Below are positions 1 to 8,737 of a stretch of 64,000 bases of DNA, one piece after another. The translations under genes were made by a program, and so were the position numbers. The stretch covers positions 2,077,418-2,141,417 of the forward strand of contig OZ244775.1 in the NCBI GenBank assembly GCA_965219505.1, given 5' to 3'. The stretch comes from Chloroflexota bacterium (GTDB lineage Bacteria > Chloroflexota > UBA11872 > VXOZ01). Position 1 is the stretch's first letter. Every line of letters starts with the position of its first letter. The notes beneath the pieces are model-generated. The model was given only the letters and a program-made list of their open reading frames with translations. It had not been told where the DNA came from and did no database searches.

Positions 1-1
1 C

Positions 2-706
2 AACGGCTTTCGTCTCAAGTCGCTGGCTAAGCCGCTGGCCGAGGCGGGGCTTACGCGCATCAACGTGAGCCTGGATAGCCTCGTTCCCGAGCAGTTTGCC
101 TACATTACGCGCAGGAATGCGCTCAACGCTGTGATGGAAGGCCTGGAGGAGCTTGAAAAGTATCCTTCAATTAGCCCGATCAAGCTAAACTGCGTGGGCA
201 TACGTGGCTTCACGGAAAGCGAGGTAGTTGGATTCGCCGAGCTAGCGCGCCGCAAGCCCTACGTAGTCCGCTTTATCGAATTCATGCCGCTAGACGCAGA
301 TGGCATCTGGCGTGAAGAAAAAGTGCTCACGGGCCGCGAGATCCTGGATATCATCAAAGATGCAATGCCCGTCCCCTTGATGCCCATTCCCACCGATCCC
401 TCTTCGACTTCACGGGTCTATCGGTTTGCCGACGGCAATGGTGAGGTGGGCTTTATCAATCCCGTGAGTGAACCATTCTGTGCCTCCTGCAACCGCATTC
501 GCCTCACGGCAGAGGGCATGCTGCGCACGTGCCTCTTCTCAGTGCGGGAGACCGACTTACGCCTGCCGCTGCGCGATGGCGCCAGTGACGATGAGCTAGA
601 GCACATCATTCGCGCTGCCATCTGGCAGAAGGAACTCAAGCACCGCATCAACGAGGGTGAGTTCTTTCAGCGCGCGAACCGCACGATGTCTCAGATTGGC
701 GGCTAG
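2..706 (+). CDS. moaA: GTP 3',8-cyclase MoaA (radical-SAM molybdenum cofactor biosynthesis), 5' end cut by window edge
   Basis: Frame 2 is open from the window edge (NGFRLKSLAKPLAEAGLTRINVSLDSL...) to TAG 704-706. It carries the MoaA C-terminal signatures RFIEFMPLD and the auxiliary-cluster motif CASCNRIRLTAEGMLRTCLF. Confidence 0.9.
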   Translation, partial: NGFRLKSLAKPLAEAGLTRINVSLDSLVPEQFAYITRRNALNAVMEGLEELEKYPSISPIKLNCVGIRGFTESEVVGFAELARRKPYVVRFIEFMPLDADGIWREEKVLTGREILDIIKDAMPVPLMPIPTDPSSTSRVYRFADGNGEVGFINPVSEPFCASCNRIRLTAEGMLRTCLFSVRETDLRLPLRDGASDDELEHIIRAAIWQKELKHRINEGEFFQRANRTMSQIGG

Positions 707-812
707 TTTCCTTACTAGCTGTCGAGCTTTCACCGCAATCATCGAAACAGTCCCTGAAGGAAGTCCTTGCGTAGTTCTGCCGATCAGTTGGCATTGGGCT
801 GGACAGGCGCCG

Positions 813-852
813 ATCTCCCCTCACTCCGGGCCCTCTCCCCAGGGAGAGGGAG
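813..852 (+). repeat. Short interspersed hairpin repeat, family R1 (core CCCTCTCC-CCAG-GGAGAGGG)
   Basis: Sequence is ATCTCCCCTCACTCCGGGCCCTCTCCCCAGGGAGAGGGAG. A near-identical inverted copy lies at 39683-39722. It has a perfect 8-bp stem and sits about 107 nt after the moaA stop. Confidence 0.75.
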
Positions 853-1142
853 GTCTCTTCACCTGCCTGCACGGGTTATACAAAGATCTCCCAGAGCACG
901 TCGACCTCGCCAATGCAAGGCGCTTTGGTCAGATCTGCACTCAAGCCAACTTGCATGCTCGGGCCAGCCGATTGGCCGGGGGACCTTCACACCTTTTGCC
1001 CCGAAGCCATGGCAAGGAATGAGCAACGACCCATGTGAATGCTACAAGGGGCGTTCCCGCCTACGTGCCTCGCAGTATTCTTATGCCAACAGCGCCTCTG
1101 CGCAACCACGTTATACATTTTTATAACATTTTTCTCGTTCCG

Positions 1143-1171
1143 TTGACAACTTCTGAACATCCTGATATAGT
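1143..1171 (+). promoter_or_regulatory. Sigma-70-type promoter, TTGACA-17 nt-TATAGT
   Basis: Exact -35 hexamer at 1143-1148, a 17-nt spacer, and TATAGT at 1166-1171. It lies about 50 nt upstream of ATG 1222, which has a GGAGG RBS at 1211-1215. Confidence 0.6.
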
Positions 1172-1221
1172 TTCTAAAGGTGAAGATTAGAATACCTTAA
1201 CTGTAGACGGGGAGGCATTCC

Positions 1222-1623
1222 ATGCGGAACATCTTGGGTAGTTCCCAGACGCCAGAAGTGCTTGGGCGCTGCCCCGTATGCGCTAACGAACTCACCGTAC
1301 AGCGCCTGCGTTGTTCGTCGTGCAGTGTCGCTCTGGAGGGGGAGTTTCACCTCAATCCATTCAATCGTCTCTCTGCGGAACAACAACGCTTCGTAGAGAA
1401 ATTCCTTGTCGCCCGCGGCAACATGAGCGAGGTGCAGAAGGAGTTGGGTGTCTCATACCCCACAGTGCGGGCGCGCCTGGAGGAAATCATCAGCCAACTT
1501 GGCCACGAGCCGGCCTCCGATGAAGCTGCCATTCAGGCTGAGCGTCTAGGCACGCTCCAAGATGTGGAGAGCGGATCGCTCAGCGTTGAAGAGGCCTTAC
1601 GCCGGCTGGCAAACAGGGAGTAG
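1222..1623 (+). CDS. DUF2089-type zinc-ribbon/HTH protein
   Basis: Zn-ribbon CPVCANELTVQRLRCSSCSVALEG is followed by the HTH-like segment NMSEVQKELGVSYPTVRARLEEI. A GGAGG RBS lies 6 nt upstream. Confidence 0.75.
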   Translation: MRNILGSSQTPEVLGRCPVCANELTVQRLRCSSCSVALEGEFHLNPFNRLSAEQQRFVEKFLVARGNMSEVQKELGVSYPTVRARLEEIISQLGHEPASDEAAIQAERLGTLQDVESGSLSVEEALRRLANRE

Positions 1624-1627
1624 CAAG

Positions 1628-2692
1628 ATGGGCGCAGAAGAACGATTGATACTTGAAATGCTGCGCGAAGGGAAAATCTCGGTTGAAGATGCGGAACGCC
1701 TCCTCGGTGCGGTCCGGAACGGTAGTGAGAGATCTGATCGCAAAGTCTCTTCAATTCTAGAGAGTAACTGGTGGGAGGAAGTGGAACGCTCACTTGGCGA
1801 GACACTCTCCAAGGTTGAGGACCGCATCTCGCGCGCGGTTACTGATATACCACGGGGTAGCATTCGCATGCCCTTGCGCGGCCTCAAGCGTAAACGGCAA
1901 CGCGAAGAGCAGGGCTATACGCCCGTGGAATTACACGACCAATACTTTCACATTCCGCCTGATGCTCACGTGGAAGTTGATATTGAAGGCAGCACGCTCG
2001 CGGTTGAGGAAGCCCCGGGGGATGCCCACGTCAGCTTCGACCGGGAAGGCCACGATTGGGAATGGTCAGTGCTGAGGCTGGGAGACACTTTTGTGCTCTC
2101 CGTCTATGCGAATGCCGTTTGGGCCGGCGTGCCGAATGTTTCCCTACGCCTGCCTCCTGTGCGATCCCTAGCATGCCAGGTCGCCGGCAGCATGTCAGGC
2201 AGTAAGCTAACGTCGCCACTGGACATTTCAATTTCAGGTGGGTCAATCCAGCTAACTGACGTTACTGGAGAACTAAAGCTGAATGCCGCCGGAGGCGCCA
2301 TTGGTGTCTTAGGCGATGTCCCAGCCTTTCAAGCAGTCACCGCCGGTGGGTCGGTCTCGCTGACGGGCAGGGCGCAGCAGCTCGACGTTAAGTCTGCTGG
2401 CGGCAGTGTGAACATCAACCACGCTCTGCTCCGCGATGGAGACCATCACGTTGAAAGTGCTGGAGGTGGAGTAATGCTGGTGCTCGATCCCACCTCTGCA
2501 GTCTCCATTGAGGCTGCAGCCTCTGGTGGAGGCGTCGATGCTAGTCTCCCCGGGGCATCGGGAGAGGCACGAAATCGGTACGGTACGGGTCAGTACAGTG
2601 GGTCCCTAGGGGCGGGTACGGCCAGCTTGCAGCTTCGCAGTAGTGGTGGCAGCATCCGCATTCACGTCTCTGAAGTAAACGTTTCTCCCTGA
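1628..2692 (+). CDS. SHOCT-like N-terminus + DUF4097 (putative adhesin beta-helix) protein
   Basis: The ORF track starts at 1562, but ATG 1628 (4 nt after the upstream stop) gives MGAEERLILEMLREGKISVEDAERLL. The C-terminal half is a run of GG[SA][IV] strand repeats: ISGGSIQL, AAGGAIGV, TAGGSVSL, SAGGSVNI, SAGGGVML, SSGGSIRI. Confidence 0.7.
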   Translation: MGAEERLILEMLREGKISVEDAERLLGAVRNGSERSDRKVSSILESNWWEEVERSLGETLSKVEDRISRAVTDIPRGSIRMPLRGLKRKRQREEQGYTPVELHDQYFHIPPDAHVEVDIEGSTLAVEEAPGDAHVSFDREGHDWEWSVLRLGDTFVLSVYANAVWAGVPNVSLRLPPVRSLACQVAGSMSGSKLTSPLDISISGGSIQLTDVTGELKLNAAGGAIGVLGDVPAFQAVTAGGSVSLTGRAQQLDVKSAGGSVNINHALLRDGDHHVESAGGGVMLVLDPTSAVSIEAAASGGGVDASLPGASGEARNRYGTGQYSGSLGAGTASLQLRSSGGSIRIHVSEVNVSP

Positions 2693-2889
2693 GGCGTTTC
2701 TGCCACGGAAGGCAACTGACTTCCAAATAGGCGCCTCGTTCCAACTCGCCCCCTAATGCTCTAGGTAACTCTCCTCCAGCCACCTAGTTAATCATCAAGG
2801 CAAAGAACTAGCCGGGCCTTAGGCAGTCCCACGCTCTAAATCGAAAAGAGACTGACTAGATTAAACCCTCGTCGGATGTGCCCTCTCCA

Positions 2890-3882
2890 CTAGGCAACTA
2901 CCTGCGCGAACCCATAATCCAGCAAGATGGCTGCATCCGTAAAGTGCTGGGTAGATCCCAGGACTATTGCCAGCAAGTGACGCCCGTTTCGTTCCGCAAC
3001 GGCGACTAAGCAGTATCCCGCATCCGGAGTCCAACCGGGCTTTAGGCCATACGTGCCGTCATACGTCGACAGCAGTTTATTGAGATTCTGCGGCCCGTAC
3101 CACCCGTGCTCGTCCGTTGCCGTAAATTGAATGTGCTTTACGCTGGCATAGTCTACGATCCCAGGAGTCCGCTCGAGCGCGTAATTTGCGAGCGCTGCCA
3201 AGTCGTGCGCAGACGAGTAGTGAGGCAATGACTCTTCATCATAGCCGGTAGGATTGCTCAACTTTGTGTTCTGCAAGCCTAGCTCCTGAATTTTCGCGTT
3301 CATGGCTTGTACAAACTCATCGTAGCCGAGTGTGCCCTCTGCAACTGCGATCGCTGCGTCGTTACCGGAATCTAACATCATCCCGTATAGCAGTATTTCC
3401 AGGGTCACCACCTCGCCGGCAGCCAGTCCCATTACGTTAGGTTCCGCGCTCCCCGCACGTTCTGATACCAGCACCTTTTGGCTCGGCACGCTGCTTTCCA
3501 ACGCAATTATTGCAGTGAGAATTTTCGTGGTGCTTGCAGGCGCCCGCTGCTCGTGCTCATTCCTCGCATAAAGGACAGAATTGGTTGATAGATCTACAAG
3601 AATAGCAGACTGTGCCGTGAAGTTACTTAGAGCCGGGGCGGGATTCTCTTCCAACCATGCGTAGGAAAAGTGGGGTCGAGGTGGAGAAATCGTCGCCACA
3701 ATCTTTGCAGCAGCAATTGGCGTACTCTCAGCCACCGTAATTATTGCTCCCGATGGCTCCGGGGTGAGACGCGAAAGCAGCGCTACGCCCCCTAAGACCA
3801 CCACCATGGCAATAATCCAAACACGGAAGGCGGGCCGCCTGCCCGAAGGCGGGGTCGGCGCTTGATACCTGTACGGTTCCAT
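2890..3882 (-). CDS. D-alanyl-D-alanine carboxypeptidase (peptidase S11, PBP5-like), membrane anchored
   Basis: N-terminal TM segment (VWIIAMVVVLGGVALL). It has the SxxK motif ASTTK, the SxN motif DSGND, and the K[TP]G motif LKPGWT. Confidence 0.85.
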   Translation of the reverse strand: MEPYRYQAPTPPSGRRPAFRVWIIAMVVVLGGVALLSRLTPEPSGAIITVAESTPIAAAKIVATISPPRPHFSYAWLEENPAPALSNFTAQSAILVDLSTNSVLYARNEHEQRAPASTTKILTAIIALESSVPSQKVLVSERAGSAEPNVMGLAAGEVVTLEILLYGMMLDSGNDAAIAVAEGTLGYDEFVQAMNAKIQELGLQNTKLSNPTGYDEESLPHYSSAHDLAALANYALERTPGIVDYASVKHIQFTATDEHGWYGPQNLNKLLSTYDGTYGLKPGWTPDAGYCLVAVAERNGRHLLAIVLGSTQHFTDAAILLDYGFAQVVA

Positions 3883-4349
3883 CCGAGTCGATCTACGTAT
3901 TCAATCGAGAACGTCACACTCTCTTTTTGGTCGTTCGTGAAAAGACCGGCCGACATCCGAGAGTTTCTTATTAACAGAGTAATCTACGCAGTTCTTCGTT
4001 TCACCCTCAACGCATCTGCAAGACTATGTGCAGTACAAAACTGCTCTGCTGCATGGCCCAGGCTACGAAGAGATGTACATCATCACAAAGAGATACGCGT
4101 CAGCACAAATGCACTGCGGCACTATATCTCTAAACCCAGGCTGACGTGCCTTTAGCAAGCAAGACGAGGGACGATGGCAGACACGGGTCCGAAATCGCCT
4201 AGGCAAGAAGCAGACACTATATGCCTCTCACTTGCTTAGGCCCCCTGTTGCGAAGAGCAACAAGGGAAGGACACCTGCACCTGAACGGCCTAAACAGGAC
4301 AACACCTGAAGGTGAATGGGGCCCAGAAGTCCCGATGTTCCAGGCCGGG

Positions 4350-5288
4350 CTATTCAACAAGCCCCGTGCGGTCCACACTCTCCACAAAATAACGTTGCGT
4401 AAACAGATAGACTATTAGTGGTGGCATAATCACAAGGAATGACGCGGCCATAATTACCGCCTCGTTAAATTCATCCCCCGCGCCTTGGCCGGCTAACATC
4501 TGCAACAACGCCGCACTTAGAATGGAGAGCCGTAACGGCAGAGTGAAGTTATTTTGGTCAAAGAGATAAATTGTCGGTTCGAAGAAGTCGTTCCAATGCC
4601 ATACCAGAGAAAAGAGGAAGACAACAATAATCGCTGGCGCTGCCAATGGAAGCATGATACGCCAATACACACTGAACGGCCCAGCTCCATCAATACGAGC
4701 CGCATCCTCCAACTCATACGGCAAGTTTCTGAAGAACTGACGAAACACCAGGATAAAGAGTGCACCTCTGAGACCGTGCCCAAACAGCGACGGCATCAGG
4801 AAGGGGAAGTACGTATCCATGAACCCGAGGTTTCGATAGAGAATGAAGAGAGGCACGATAATGGTTTGTGGTGGCACCAAGAAAGTAAATAGGACAAGCA
4901 AGAAGAGGACATCGCGCCCCGGAAACGGGATACGAGCAAAACCATACGCAACAAATGAGCAGGCTACGGTCTGCAATATGCCTGATCCGAGCGAGATAAT
5001 GATGCTATTTCGCGCTGCCTGCCAATAGAGCATACCGCTTATGGCAAGCTCATAGTTTCTCCAGAAGATGGTACGAGGAATCCATAGGACCGTGAGGTCA
5101 GCCAAATCCGCAACCGTCTTCAGCGAGGTCGAAAACATGTAAATTACGGGAAAGAGGAATACAAAGCAAACATTGATCAGGATGATATACGTGGCAATGC
5201 GCAGGAAGAACCTCTCCCACCACTTGCGCGACGTCAGTGCACCCAATACACCTTGGCGCTGCCGTATGACAAATACCGAATCAGCCAT
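4350..5288 (-). CDS. Carbohydrate ABC transporter permease, MalG-like (pair 1)
   Basis: Polytopic membrane protein with the EAA loop EDAARIDGAGPFSVYWRIMLP. Confidence 0.9.
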   Translation of the reverse strand: MADSVFVIRQRQGVLGALTSRKWWERFFLRIATYIILINVCFVFLFPVIYMFSTSLKTVADLADLTVLWIPRTIFWRNYELAISGMLYWQAARNSIIISLGSGILQTVACSFVAYGFARIPFPGRDVLFLLVLFTFLVPPQTIIVPLFILYRNLGFMDTYFPFLMPSLFGHGLRGALFILVFRQFFRNLPYELEDAARIDGAGPFSVYWRIMLPLAAPAIIVVFLFSLVWHWNDFFEPTIYLFDQNNFTLPLRLSILSAALLQMLAGQGAGDEFNEAVIMAASFLVIMPPLIVYLFTQRYFVESVDRTGLVE

Positions 5289-5300
5289 GCTAGGTACTCC

Positions 5301-6275
5301 CTACCGTTCACCAGCGTAGAATACAAAGCGGCTTGAAATCACCAAAGCGAGCGCCATAAATAAGAAGATCGAGGCAAAGTACATCCAGCCCAAAGCCGCC
5401 GCATAGCCAAGCCGGAAATCTCGGGTCAGGCCCACGGTCTGAATGTAGGTAAGTACTTCATTGAATGGGTCGGTGAAGGAGTCAACGATGGTATAGACCA
5501 CATTGACCAGAATCACCGGAGAGAGCATTGGCAGCGTAATACGCCAGAAAATCTGCCAGCCGGAAGCGCCATCGGTCTTTGCAGCTTCACGCATTGTAAG
5601 CGGGACGCTATGTAGCCCTGCCACGAAGATGAGGATTTGCACACCGGTTCGCCAGAGCACTAAGGTAACACGATTTACCAGGTCGAGCACCCAATCGGCA
5701 ATCGTTCCTTGTAGATAGGTGAACACTACCTCACTCAACGTCTGTACGCTTACACCAATAGCTTCCGTACTAACACCCTCACCAAAAAGACGGCGGATAA
5801 CAATCGCTGAGCCAATCACCACCGGCATGAATAGCAGCATGCGGAACACACCGCGACCAGGCATCTCCTGCACCACGAGAATTGAAACAAAAAGTGAGAA
5901 GACTAGAATAATAGGCAGGTCCGACAACAGGTTCGCTACCGTTTTAGTGAACAAGGGCAGGAAGTGAATGTCTTCTAAGAAAGGCTCTGCGTAGTTTTCC
6001 CAACCTATGAAGGTTAACTTGAGCTCAGAGCTTGTAATCTTGACATTGTGAAAACTGACGTAAAGCGACTGAAACAACGGCCATGCCAGAAAGATCAAGA
6101 ATCCAACAATCCACGTGCTGATATAGAAATACCCATCCAAACCACGTTGGAACTTGTACGTCAGGCGTACTCCAGCCGCCGACAGGACTACGCGAATCGA
6201 CAAGATGCACGCAGGAACCACAAACGCTAGCCCCGTGAGTATAGCCACCCACGTAAAGTTATCTTCAAATTGCAT
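5301..6275 (-). CDS. Sugar ABC transporter permease, MalF-like (pair 1)
   Basis: Polytopic membrane protein with the EAA loop REAAKTDGASGWQIFWRITLP. It lies 12 nt upstream of the MalG-like gene. Confidence 0.9.
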   Translation of the reverse strand: MQFEDNFTWVAILTGLAFVVPACILSIRVVLSAAGVRLTYKFQRGLDGYFYISTWIVGFLIFLAWPLFQSLYVSFHNVKITSSELKLTFIGWENYAEPFLEDIHFLPLFTKTVANLLSDLPIILVFSLFVSILVVQEMPGRGVFRMLLFMPVVIGSAIVIRRLFGEGVSTEAIGVSVQTLSEVVFTYLQGTIADWVLDLVNRVTLVLWRTGVQILIFVAGLHSVPLTMREAAKTDGASGWQIFWRITLPMLSPVILVNVVYTIVDSFTDPFNEVLTYIQTVGLTRDFRLGYAAALGWMYFASIFLFMALALVISSRFVFYAGER

Positions 6276-6280
6276 GGCAG

Positions 6281-8737
6281 TTACCTCCGCGGCGGAATAA
6301 TGAGATAGTTCTGACCCTCGACCGCCTTATCGCCGTCAGTATAGCGACGCGTCTTGTAGTTGACTATAACCCGTGTCCCGTCCTCATACACGGTCTCATA
6401 GACACCATCTGCAATCTGTCGATGGTCCTCCATAAACTGATTCACCGTATAACCCAACTGTCTGACAAATAACTCGTATTCATCAACAATCTGGGGCTCC
6501 CAGTCAGCAAACCGAGATGAGTAAAGACGATTGTACTGAGTCCGGGTAAGGAGCACGCTCGGATTAGTAGTGAGCTCAAACGTGGGCAACGCACCATACT
6601 CGATGGCACGTAGGAATTCATCACGGTCGCTCCGGAGATTGCTCTCATCGCCCGTGTAGCGCACAAGCCCGTGCACTGCCAACGGGAAGAACGGCACTGT
6701 CTCCTCGCTAAACACATAATTGTAGCGATCCAACGGAATCCGGGTGAAGAAGTCGGTGGTATCGAGCATGTAGGCATTCGCGCCCTGAATGACGGCCGTA
6801 CCCGTTTCCTGTTTACTAATATCAATAATATCTTTCCATACGCCGACAAATTCCTGGCGGCTCAGCTTTGTTCCACCCTGTGCAGTATCGACGGGCTGTT
6901 GAATGGTCCGAACTTCATTAAGTAAGCCCCCTACCAGCACAATCAATAGCGCAGCAGTAACAATCGGCCGCCACAATGGGCCGCCAATCAACTGGCCCAA
7001 GATTGTATCGCCAGCGCGGCGCGTTCCAATCAAGACGACATAGAGTCCGGTCCCCACAATTCCCAACAACCCAAGGATCCTGAGCCCGATGGTGAAACCT
7101 GAACGACCGGAAAAGAGGATGGGATAGTGGTTCAGTGCTACCTTCCCAAAGAAACGGAACTCTACACCGGATATTCCATATTCACTCATCTTCGCGATAT
7201 CGACAGCCGCATAGCGGTCTCGCGCAATGTCCGGACGAAGGAGCTGAACTTCGGTGTGCGGCTCATCCTCTTTTCGTTTGAATCCCACATAATTGGTTGT
7301 AATCGGCAACCGGTTTGCCCCTCGAATCACATCCGTCAATGGGTTGAAACGCAAGAAGGAATCGATATTCCTGAAACCTAATAGGTAGTTGTCCTCAAGG
7401 TAAATGGGGATGTCATTGGCACTTGCGTAGTTTGAGACCGCCCGCAGTCCTTCATCGCCACCAAGCTTCCCCTCGGGAGGCAGCCGCTTAGGCAAAGACC
7501 AGTCGTATCCATCCTGGTTCCAGCCCACAAGGGTTACGCGCAAGTTATCAAGGCCCTGCTCCTCCTTAAGCGACTTGAGCATCCCCAATGCCTCGTCGAA
7601 CGTGGTCATGGTAATAAATTGATCGCGCGGAAACGCTTCACGCTGCATAGCCATGAAGATGCGAAGATGCAGGAACGGATTTGCCTCTTCAAGCTGCTGC
7701 AGGCCACGCTCACTCATCAGGAATTCGCGATAGGTTTTAGCCATACCGACATACGTGGCTTCGTATCCACGTAGGAACGCATACTGAACTTCGCGATCCC
7801 CTTGCACGCGTTCTTGCTCAAACCGTGTTACAAATGACGCACGCCGCAGCGGGAATGGCGCTTTGCGCCGGAAGATGAATTGTCCGGAGATCCGATTGTA
7901 GCCCAATGCGGTGTAGCTTAGTGCCGCACTGATGTTAACGTCCATGTCACCCTTGGTGACGATACCCGCGAATGCCGTACTCTCGCGCACCAATCCAAAG
8001 ACTGGTACCGGTATTGGCCCCTGCTGCTGCTCGGGCTCAAATGAAAAGAGCGCCGGGCCGTATACCTCTGCAAGGAAATTATGCCGATATTCAGGCTGCT
8101 CAGGCCGAAAGTGTACGATTGCCCCGGGACCGTCCGGCACAAAGAGATAGCCCTTCTCTTCGTTAGTAGCGGCGCCGAAAAACGGCAGTATGTCCAAGGT
8201 GACCAACAAGCGTTCCTCAGTTTCCCGAACGCTGTCCTCGTCAACACCCACAACCAGCCGGTCATCCTCCAGCCAATACGCGATGGTAAAGCCAACATTC
8301 AATTCGTCAAACAGATAGCCCACCCGAATACCGCCCTCAATGGGATCGAACGTCATCGAAGGCTGGTCTGAGATGATGTCGGCTACGCGGGTCTGCGTGC
8401 GCACTCTATCGGTATATTCAACAATCACTACCGAATTTAGGCGCGCCTTGATAGAGTCCGAGACGGCCTCAGGGTTTTCAAGTATTGGAGAACTTCGCCA
8501 CAGACGTCCATTCTCGCGGTCGTCGTACACCGCCAGTTGAGAATTCGTCTTATTCAGAAAGAGCGCCAGGTGCTCCACCTGACTAACTCTTTCGAAATCC
8601 GGGCCCAGTTCTTTAGCCGCATCCAGGGCTGGCGCTGCCGTAACCGGCGCGATCGGCAAAATGGTTAATAGCAGGATCAGCGGCACAAAATAACGTGCGA
8701 TTCGCCACCCCTTAGCGAGTGACAACTTCATAGACAA
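6281..8737 (-). CDS. 818-aa secreted/membrane-tethered protein of unknown function (possibly DUF5696-like; unverified)
   Basis: Signal-peptide-like N-terminus (FVPLILLLTILPIAPVTAAPA). Two hydrophobic helices are inserted at about aa 548-606 (FTIGLRILGLLGIVGTGLYVVLIG ... GPLWRPIVTAALLIVLVGGLL). I recognise no catalytic motif. The start overlaps the upstream gene by 26 nt. Confidence 0.75.
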   Translation of the reverse strand: MSMKLSLAKGWRIARYFVPLILLLTILPIAPVTAAPALDAAKELGPDFERVSQVEHLALFLNKTNSQLAVYDDRENGRLWRSSPILENPEAVSDSIKARLNSVVIVEYTDRVRTQTRVADIISDQPSMTFDPIEGGIRVGYLFDELNVGFTIAYWLEDDRLVVGVDEDSVRETEERLLVTLDILPFFGAATNEEKGYLFVPDGPGAIVHFRPEQPEYRHNFLAEVYGPALFSFEPEQQQGPIPVPVFGLVRESTAFAGIVTKGDMDVNISAALSYTALGYNRISGQFIFRRKAPFPLRRASFVTRFEQERVQGDREVQYAFLRGYEATYVGMAKTYREFLMSERGLQQLEEANPFLHLRIFMAMQREAFPRDQFITMTTFDEALGMLKSLKEEQGLDNLRVTLVGWNQDGYDWSLPKRLPPEGKLGGDEGLRAVSNYASANDIPIYLEDNYLLGFRNIDSFLRFNPLTDVIRGANRLPITTNYVGFKRKEDEPHTEVQLLRPDIARDRYAAVDIAKMSEYGISGVEFRFFGKVALNHYPILFSGRSGFTIGLRILGLLGIVGTGLYVVLIGTRRAGDTILGQLIGGPLWRPIVTAALLIVLVGGLLNEVRTIQQPVDTAQGGTKLSRQEFVGVWKDIIDISKQETGTAVIQGANAYMLDTTDFFTRIPLDRYNYVFSEETVPFFPLAVHGLVRYTGDESNLRSDRDEFLRAIEYGALPTFELTTNPSVLLTRTQYNRLYSSRFADWEPQIVDEYELFVRQLGYTVNQFMEDHRQIADGVYETVYEDGTRVIVNYKTRRYTDGDKAVEGQNYLIIPPRR

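Noticed and set aside
648-1126. Three overlapping ORFs (74-121 aa) downstream of moaA.
   Set aside because: They span hairpin repeat R1 and give its typical peptides (GRGPGVRG / SPQGEGG). No RBS or motif supports coding.
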